Shown: piece by piece, positions 25,640 through 32,000 of the stretch
How the letters are laid out: every line of letters begins with the position of its first letter
How positions within the stretch are numbered: position 1 is the stretch's first letter
NCBI GenBank assembly: GCA_047651235.1
Contig: CP178758.1
Span: forward strand, 1,140,001 to 1,172,000
Origin: Candidatus Electrothrix yaqonensis
GTDB lineage: Bacteria; Desulfobacterota; Desulfobulbia; Desulfobulbales; Desulfobulbaceae
Length of the DNA stretch: 32,000 bases
Direction: 5' to 3'
Notes under the pieces: generated by a model
Database searches by the model: none
What the model was told of the DNA's origin: nothing
What the model saw: only the letters and a program-made list of their open reading frames with translations
Position numbers and translations under genes: made by a program

Positions 25640-26887
25640 ATGAATCCTACCGAGTTAAAAAATAAAAACATCAAGGAACTCGTTGCCTTGGCCGCATCGT
25701 TACGAATTGAGGGATACAGCTCCATGCGCAAACAGGAGCTGATCTTCGCCATCCTCAAGTCCCAGGCTGATGCGGACGGCAAGCTGCGCGGCAGCGGCGT
25801 TCTTGACGTCCTGCAGGACGGATTCGGTTTTCTCAGAGCACCGGACTACAACTACCTGCCCGGGCCGGACGATATCTATGTCTCTCCTTCCCAGATCCGG
25901 CGGCTGAACCTGCGCACAGGCGATACAGTGGAGGGAGAGGTCAGAGCGCCCAAAGAAAATGAGCGCTATTTCGCCCTGCTCAAGGTGGACCAGGTCAACT
26001 ACGATGATCCTGAAGCATCAAATAATAAAACCCTGTTTGTCAACCTGACTCCTCTGCACCCGGAAGAGCAGATCAACCTGGAAGACGAGCCGGGAAATTA
26101 TTCCACCAGGGTGATAAATATTGTTTCTCCGCTGGGCAAGGGACAGCGCGGCCTGATCGTGGCGCCTCCCCGAACCGGAAAGACGGTCCTTATGCAGCAG
26201 ATTGCCCGGGCTATTGTGAAAAATCACAAAGAAATCATTCCGATCGTCCTGCTGATCGATGAACGGCCCGAAGAAGTCACCGACATGCAGCGCAGCGTGG
26301 ACGCCGAGGTGGTCAGCTCCACCTTTGACGAGCCGCCCCAGCGCCATATTCAGGTGGCGGAAATGGTCATTGAAAAGGCCAGACGCCTAGTGGAACATAA
26401 AAAGGATGTGGTGATCCTGCTTGATTCCATCACCCGTCTTGCCCGCGCCTACAATACAGTCACCCCGGCATCCGGTAAGATTCTTTCCGGCGGTGTGGAG
26501 GCCAATGCCCTGCACCGGCCAAAACGGTTTTTCGGGGCAGCCCGGAATATCGAAGAAGGCGGCAGCCTGACTATCCTTGCCACTGCGCTGATTGAAACCG
26601 GCAGCCGGATGGATGATGTTATTTTTGAGGAGTTCAAAGGCACCGGTAATATGGAGCTTGTGTTGGACCGAAAAATGTCTGACCGACGGATTTATCCGTC
26701 TATAAATATCCAGAAATCCGGGACCAGAAAAGAGGATCTGCTCCTGTCGCCGGAAGACCTGAACCGGATGTGGATTCTGCGCAAGCTCCTTTCTTCCATG
26801 AACCCGGCTGATGCTATGGAATTCCTGCTCGGTAAGATGAAGCACACCAAAACAAATGTTGAGTTTTTTGCGTCCATGAACCGCTGA
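25640..26887 (+). CDS. rho: Transcription termination factor Rho
   Basis: N-terminal [34 protein letters not shown]-binding domain GFGFLR, Walker A PPRTGKT, and C-terminal [18 protein letters not shown] 25640 follows GAGGAGG. Confidence 0.95.
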   Translation: MNPTELKNKNIKELVALAASLRIEGYSSMRKQELIFAILKSQADADGKLRGSGVLDVLQDGFGFLRAPDYNYLPGPDDIYVSPSQIRRLNLRTGDTVEGEVRAPKENERYFALLKVDQVNYDDPEASNNKTLFVNLTPLHPEEQINLEDEPGNYSTRVINIVSPLGKGQRGLIVAPPRTGKTVLMQQIARAIVKNHKEIIPIVLLIDERPEEVTDMQRSVDAEVVSSTFDEPPQRHIQVAEMVIEKARRLVEHKKDVVILLDSITRLARAYNTVTPASGKILSGGVEANALHRPKRFFGAARNIEEGGSLTILATALIETGSRMDDVIFEEFKGTGNMELVLDRKMSDRRIYPSINIQKSGTRKEDLLLSPEDLNRMWILRKLLSSMNPADAMEFLLGKMKHTKTNVEFFASMNR

Positions 26888-27089
26888 ACCCGATAAAGTT
26901 CAGCAACCATCAGCAACTAAATCTGTTCTGCCGGAAAAAAGCGTTTTTTGAATTTTTTCCTTTTGCAAAAAAATTGCAGCAGGTAGAATGCATTTCTTTT
27001 ATCGGAAAACAGTAACCTGTCAACAACAAAACAACAAAGAACAACAACCCGCTCTAATGCGAAGATGTTCTTCGGAGGCCGAAAATACC

Positions 27090-27308
27090 ATGAAAGCTGA
27101 TATCCATCCTGAATATCATAAGATTAAGGCAAAATGCGCCTGCGGTAACGAGGTGGAACTGGGATCTGTGAACGAGACAATGGATGTTGAAATCTGTTCC
27201 GCCTGCCATCCTTTTTTTACCGGCAAGCAGAAACTCGTTGATACTGCCGGTCGTATTGAAAAATTCAAGAAAAAATACGCCAAGCACCTCAACAAAAAGA
27301 ACGCATAG
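27090..27308 (+). CDS. rpmE: 50S ribosomal protein L31 (Cys-containing type A)
   Basis: [21 protein letters not shown]...[17 protein letters not shown] lies 11 nt upstream of ATG 27090. The listed 106-aa ORF from 26988 over-extends the gene. Confidence 0.9.
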   Translation: MKADIHPEYHKIKAKCACGNEVELGSVNETMDVEICSACHPFFTGKQKLVDTAGRIEKFKKKYAKHLNKKNA

Positions 27309-27343
27309 GCTCTCCAGGCTCTGCCGTCCGGACAGACACATGG

Positions 27344-27381
27344 CCACATGGCGGCGGTCAACCTGTCATGTGGTTTTTTTT
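27344..27381 (+). terminator. Candidate Rho-independent terminator after rpmE
   Basis: CCACATG (27344-27350) pairs with CATGTGG (27367-27373), followed by a T8 run. The loop is rather large at 16 nt. Confidence 0.55.
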
Positions 27382-27468
27382 CTTTCCGGGCCATTCTGCT
27401 TGTTCTGTCGATTCTGATCATCCTTAGTATCTTCAGCATCCTCATTCTGCTGCCTGCCGCACATATCC

Positions 27469-28539
27469 ATGTTTGAAAACCTCATCGACATTCACGAAAA
27501 ACTTTCTGCTCTTGAACGACAGCTTTCCGAGCCGGAGCTGCTCAGCAACCAGCAGAAGTATCAGGAGATTGTGCGCGAACATGCACGGGTCTCCAGGCTG
27601 AACGAGCTCTATACGGCCTATACGCAGGTCAGGAAAAACTTGAAAGAGAGCCGTGAGCTGATTCGGGAATCTGAAGACGACCCGGAGCTGGCGGAACTGG
27701 CACAAGCTGAAGTTGAGGAACTGACCGAACAGGAAGCCCGGCTGGAGCAGGGCATCTGCCTCCTCCTCCTGCCGCCGGATCCCAATGATGAAAAAAATAT
27801 TTTTCTGGAAATCCGGGCCGGAACCGGCGGGGACGAGGCTGCGCTTTTTGTGGCGGATCTGTTCAGAATGTATTCCAGATATGCGGAAACCCAAGGCTGG
27901 AAAATCGAGGTTATGAGTTCCAACCCTATCGGCATCGGCGGATTCAAAGAGCTGATCGCCATGGTCTCCGGGGGGCGGGTTTATTCCCGCCTGAAATACG
28001 AGTCCGGGGTGCATCGGGTTCAGCGGGTTCCGGAGACCGAGACCCAGGGACGCATCCACACCTCGGCAGTCACTGTGGCGATTATCCCGGAAGCTGAAGA
28101 GGTCGATCTGCAGATTGCCCCCAATGAGCTGAAATTCGATGTCTACCGGTCTTCCGGTCCGGGCGGGCAGTCGGTCAATACAACGGATTCTGCTGTTCGG
28201 GTGACTCACCTGCCCACCGGTCTGGTTGTCACCTGTCAGGACGAAAAATCACAGCACAAGAACAAGGCCAAGGCCCTGCTGGTTATGCGGGCCCGACTTC
28301 TGGACCGGCTGGAACAGGAACGGCACGACAAAATTGCTCAGGACCGCAAGGGACAGGTGGGCAGCGGGGACCGCAGTGAACGGATCAGAACCTATAACTT
28401 TCCCCAGGGCCGGATGACGGACCACCGCATCGGCCTGACAAGCTACCGGCTGGATCAGATTATGTCCGGTACCCTTGATGAGGTTATTCTGCCGATCATC
28501 ACCCATTACCAGACCGAGGCCCTGAAGGAGCTGGACTGA
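27469..28539 (+). CDS. prfA: Peptide chain release factor 1
   Basis: 356 aa. PxT-type region, and the GGQ motif in [17 protein letters not shown]. Confidence 0.95.
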   Translation: MFENLIDIHEKLSALERQLSEPELLSNQQKYQEIVREHARVSRLNELYTAYTQVRKNLKESRELIRESEDDPELAELAQAEVEELTEQEARLEQGICLLLLPPDPNDEKNIFLEIRAGTGGDEAALFVADLFRMYSRYAETQGWKIEVMSSNPIGIGGFKELIAMVSGGRVYSRLKYESGVHRVQRVPETETQGRIHTSAVTVAIIPEAEEVDLQIAPNELKFDVYRSSGPGGQSVNTTDSAVRVTHLPTGLVVTCQDEKSQHKNKAKALLVMRARLLDRLEQERHDKIAQDRKGQVGSGDRSERIRTYNFPQGRMTDHRIGLTSYRLDQIMSGTLDEVILPIITHYQTEALKELD

Positions 28540-28570
28540 GCTTTCCTCTTTTTTGTTGCGGAATCGGACA

Positions 28571-29434
28571 ATGCAGATACAGCATCTTCTTGCAGAAGCA
28601 GCGGATGCGCTTGCTGCTGCCGGAATCGAAGACAGCCGTCTGGAGGCGGAACTGCTGCTGCGGGGCTGTCTGAACCTGTCACGCAGTGAACTGTTTCTGC
28701 GCCTTGCTTCGCCCCTGCCGCCAGACCGGGAGACTCATTTTCAGAAGCTCCTCAGCAGAAGATGCCTGCGGGAACCGCTGCAGTATATCCTCGGCAGCTG
28801 CGAATTTTGGTCGCTTGATTTTCTGGTCACCCCTGCTGTCCTGATTCCCAGGCCGGAAACTGAATTTCTCCTTACTCACGCCCTTTCCATCCTGCAGAAA
28901 GAGGCAAAGATCTCCCCCCGGCATATTCTTGATCTCTGTACCGGCAGCGGGGTGATTGCCGTTGTTCTGGCCAAAGAATTTTCCGGAGCCCAAGTTACTG
29001 CTGCGGATTTTTCTTTGGAAGCCCTTGCCGTGGCCCGCGAAAATATTAGCCGCCATGAACTGACGCAACAAATTCGGCTGATCTGTGCTGACCTGCTGAC
29101 CTGTTTCCGGCCTGCACCGCTCTTTGATCTTCTTGTCAGCAATCCCCCGTATATCAAATCGGGTGATCTGCCTGTGCTTGCCCCGGAAGTCCGGGACTGG
29201 GAACCGCACCTCGCCCTGTCCGGCGGCAGTTCCGGTCTGGACACTATCAGGAGGATCTGCCGGTCTGCCGGACAGCTCCTGCGGCCCGGCGGCTGGCTGT
29301 TCATGGAAATCGGCGCAGATATCGGCAGGGAAACAGAGCAGGTCTTTCTGCAGGCAGGAGAGTATGAGCAGGTAAAAGTCGTTCCGGACTGGGCAGGCAG
29401 ACCCCGTGTGCTGCAGGCCGAAAAATTAGGGTAA
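28571..29434 (+). CDS. prmC: Release factor glutamine N5-methyltransferase
   Basis: PLQYILG, SAM motif LDLCTGSGVIA, and catalytic NPPY. I prefer ATG 28571 over the listed TTG 28553. Confidence 0.9.
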   Translation: MQIQHLLAEAADALAAAGIEDSRLEAELLLRGCLNLSRSELFLRLASPLPPDRETHFQKLLSRRCLREPLQYILGSCEFWSLDFLVTPAVLIPRPETEFLLTHALSILQKEAKISPRHILDLCTGSGVIAVVLAKEFSGAQVTAADFSLEALAVARENISRHELTQQIRLICADLLTCFRPAPLFDLLVSNPPYIKSGDLPVLAPEVRDWEPHLALSGGSSGLDTIRRICRSAGQLLRPGGWLFMEIGADIGRETEQVFLQAGEYEQVKVVPDWAGRPRVLQAEKLG

Positions 29435-29448
29435 CCGGGGTTGCCCGA

Positions 29449-30993
29449 TCAGCCCGCAGCCATTCTGCGCAGAGCCGATATCATACTCCGCCGCAGCTGT
29501 TCCACCCGTTTGAGAATATACGGTTCTGTTATTTCCCTGCTCATATCCTTGAGGAGCAGCAGGCTGCCGAATGCGCGGGCATTCGGCGAATCAGCGGAAA
29601 AATCATTGAGCGGCAGTTCAACTCTGAACCAGGATTCCCGACAGTCAGCCGGGAGCATCCCGTGATGGCGCGGAGCTGTCCAGCTGAAACGCTGTTCTGC
29701 CGGACCCGATGCGGTGCAGGATGAGGTGGTGGCAGGATGATCGGGCTGTGTCACGAAACGAAATTCCGCATAATCAAACTCCAGAGCCTCCAATGCAGCG
29801 TAGACCCCGTTCCAGAGCGCATCCGGCTCGGAGGCACCGGATATTCTGCGCTGATGGTGATAAAAAGAACGGCGCTGCATACTGATACCACTGATACCGG
29901 CTTCATCAGTGAAATTCCTGAACCAGGAAGAAACACCGTACCAGCTGATCAGGTCGGAGGCACAGAGATAACGGGTCATCCCGATCACCCCGATCCCCAG
30001 AACAAACAGAATAAGCGCAGCCATGTCGTTCTGGCTGTGGACCAGGACCAGAGAGCACAGGCCGAGAAGAATGGTAAAGGCATACAGCACCAGCACGGCC
30101 CGACGGTGGGTATATCCGAGCCGGACCAGCCGGTGGTGAATATGACGGTTGTCCGGCAGAAAAATATTCCGGCCGCTGGCAAGGCGTCGGAGCGGTGCCC
30201 ACAGAGTGTCAAACAGGGGCACGCCAAGAGCAATTACCGGGATCAGCATGGCCGTGGTCATCTGGCCCTTGATGGCATCGGCAAGGCTGAGCGCGGCCAG
30301 ACAGTAACCGAGAAAATAGCTGCCGCAGTCTCCCATGAAAATAGAAGCCGGATGAAAATTATAGCGCAGAAAACCGATCAGGGTGCCGACCAGGGCAGCA
30401 AAGGCCAGAGCAGCATTGATCCGGCTGTCCGCTATGCAGACAAAAAGCATGGCAAGGGAAACGAACAGGCAGATGCCGGCGGCCAGCCCGTCAAGCCCGT
30501 CAATCAGATTGATGGCATTGATCACCAGAACAAGCCAGAACACCGTAACAGGCAGAGCAAACAGGCCGATGGAAAAATCCGCCCCGAAAAAAGGCATGGT
30601 GACAGCGGCAATCCGAAAACCGCAGAAATAGACCAGCAGAGCAACAAGAATCTGACCGGCGAGTTTGAGCAGCGGAGACAGCCCCCGGATATCATCCAGC
30701 AGACCGAGGAGAAAGATTATTCCTGCGCCGGCCGCAAAGCAGGCAATGCGCTCATCGGCAAACAGATTTTGGACAGCGAGACTGTATTGCTGCAGTGGCA
30801 GCAGAAGGAGGAAGGGAAAAAAGAAGCCGGAAAAAAGGGCAACTCCTCCGGCTCTGGGCAGTTGTCCTGTGTGAATTTTCCGTGCTGACGGGGCGTCAGT
30901 CAGGCCGAAACGGACAGCCTGTCTGCCGACCAGCGGCGTCATAGCCAAGGTGAACAGACAGGCTGTGATCAGAACAAACAGAATGGTGGTCAT
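29449..30993 (-). CDS. Glycosyltransferase family 4 (MraY/WecA-type polyprenyl-phosphate sugar-1-phosphate transferase) with a C-terminal soluble extension of about 170 aa
   Basis: 514 aa. Multi-pass membrane core with NAINLIDGLDGLA, FMGDCGSYFLGY and DNRHIHHRL. After about aa 345 there is a non-membrane domain with no motif I recognise. Confidence 0.85.
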   Translation of the reverse strand: MTTILFVLITACLFTLAMTPLVGRQAVRFGLTDAPSARKIHTGQLPRAGGVALFSGFFFPFLLLLPLQQYSLAVQNLFADERIACFAAGAGIIFLLGLLDDIRGLSPLLKLAGQILVALLVYFCGFRIAAVTMPFFGADFSIGLFALPVTVFWLVLVINAINLIDGLDGLAAGICLFVSLAMLFVCIADSRINAALAFAALVGTLIGFLRYNFHPASIFMGDCGSYFLGYCLAALSLADAIKGQMTTAMLIPVIALGVPLFDTLWAPLRRLASGRNIFLPDNRHIHHRLVRLGYTHRRAVLVLYAFTILLGLCSLVLVHSQNDMAALILFVLGIGVIGMTRYLCASDLISWYGVSSWFRNFTDEAGISGISMQRRSFYHHQRRISGASEPDALWNGVYAALEALEFDYAEFRFVTQPDHPATTSSCTASGPAEQRFSWTAPRHHGMLPADCRESWFRVELPLNDFSADSPNARAFGSLLLLKDMSREITEPYILKRVEQLRRSMISALRRMAAG

Positions 30994-31032
30994 TCAGCAT
31001 GGGGCAGAAAAGCTGGCTGGCCCTCCGACAGA

Positions 31033-32000
31033 CTAAAAGGCCACGGAAACCATTTCGCCGAACGTGATCACGCCCCGCACCATTTCCAGCGTCCTGGCAC
31101 GCTCCATCGCCTCATCAAAGTTGTCCAGAGTAAAACGATGCGAGATCAGATCAGAAACAATAATCGCCTCTTCGGTGATCAGCTGCAGACATTTTCTGAA
31201 ATCAGCCGGGGTGGAGGCATAGGTACCGGTCACTGAAATTTCCTGCCGGTGCAGCCAGCGCGGATCGATTTTTACCTCCGTATCCGGGGCAGCAGCGAAG
31301 ATATTACACACGCCGCCTCTGCCTGTCAGTTTGAGACAATCCTCGATCACATCCGGAATGCCGATGGAGATAATCACCACATCAGCTCCGCGCCCCCCGG
31401 TACGCTGCATCACCTCATCATGAAGATTATCTTGGGCGGAATTAATCAGATGATCCGCGCCCATCTGTTCAGCCATGGCCAGCCGCGTATCAACGATGTC
31501 AGCGACAATCACTTCGCATCCGGTCCATTTCGCTGTCTTCAGATGCATCAGACCCATCGACCCGCCGCCGATGATCAGGACAGTCTGGCCATCCTCCATC
31601 CTGTTTGACCGAGATGCAGCAAAGGTGCAGGAAAGCGGCTCGGCCATGACAGCGTCTTCAAAGGAAATCTCTTCGTCAAGTCGGATCAGACCGCCGATAT
31701 TGAGTATTTCCTTAGGAATCCGGACATATTCGGCAAAGGCGCCGTTCAGGCCGTGTCCAAAGCCAAGAGAATTCTCACAGAGGTTATGCCGTTTCTGGCG
31801 ACAGTATCGGCATGTTCCGCAGACCGCCATCGGATAGACTGCAACCGGATCGCCGACGGCAAAGCCCTGCACGCCCTCGCCTGTTTCGCTGATTTCTCCG
31901 GCAAGATCATAACCGAGAATCGCGGGCAGGTCATCGGTTAGGCCCTGGCCGAGCATCGTTTTTACATCTTTTCCGCAGATCCCTGCGGCCTTTGTTGCCA
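31033..32000 (-). CDS. Zinc-dependent medium-chain dehydrogenase/reductase (sorbitol/threonine dehydrogenase-like), N-terminus outside window
   Basis: The frame stays open to the window edge (GICGKDVKTMLGQG...). Structural-zinc Cys cluster CGTCRYCRQKRHNLC. Rossmann motif VLIIGGGSMGL. Confidence 0.8.
   Translation of the reverse strand, partial: ATKAAGICGKDVKTMLGQGLTDDLPAILGYDLAGEISETGEGVQGFAVGDPVAVYPMAVCGTCRYCRQKRHNLCENSLGFGHGLNGAFAEYVRIPKEILNIGGLIRLDEEISFEDAVMAEPLSCTFAASRSNRMEDGQTVLIIGGGSMGLMHLKTAKWTGCEVIVADIVDTRLAMAEQMGADHLINSAQDNLHDEVMQRTGGRGADVVIISIGIPDVIEDCLKLTGRGGVCNIFAAAPDTEVKIDPRWLHRQEISVTGTYASTPADFRKCLQLITEEAIIVSDLISHRFTLDNFDEAMERARTLEMVRGVITFGEMVSVAF

Noticed and set aside
26988-27089. 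N-terminal 34-codon extension of rpmE in the listed 106-aa ORF
   Set aside because: L31 proteins start at MKxxIHP. A GGAGG site precedes ATG 27090, and the extension covers the A/C-only leader tract.

Overview
Bacterial chromosomal window of roughly 50% GC. The gene content looks Desulfobacterota/deltaproteobacteria-like to me, but the taxon cannot be verified here. The right part (19.3-32 kb) is a conserved housekeeping block: ispE, tRNA-Gln(UUG), prs, rplY/ctc, pth, carD/cdnL, rluD, coaE, rho, rpmE, prfA and prmC. It ends with a convergent WecA/MraY-family transferase that has an unexplained C-terminal domain, and a Zn-dependent dehydrogenase that runs off the window. The left part (0-19.3 kb) is accessory-like. 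It holds dsbD (5' partial), an Fe-alcohol dehydrogenase, a CHASE histidine kinase with a receiver-only response regulator, a GYF-AIM24 fusion protein, a GlcD-like FAD oxidase, a secreted thermonuclease, a DUF1641 protein with an SQR/NDH-2-like flavoprotein, and a two-gene operon of paralogous secreted all-helical proteins. These genes are interspersed with debris from four IS families: an ISAzo13 remnant, a frameshifted and truncated IS630, a frameshifted ISAs1, and an apparently intact IS200 tnpA. There are also small TA-flanked non-autonomous elements. The most striking structure is a radical SAM gene broken exactly at two identical 103-bp MITE copies in opposite orientation. Its 5' two-thirds is inverted relative to its 3' third, and joining the flanks at one TA restores the reading frame. 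I also see a conserved about 60-nt hairpin element in two inverted copies, homopolymer +1 frameshifts in two transposases, a cluster of GAC-TAAA-GTC hairpins around the IS200 tnpA, and a long C-rich, G-poor rho leader. I found no CRISPR array, no rRNA, and no recognisable defence or toxin system. All calls rest on motif recognition by eye, with no database search.
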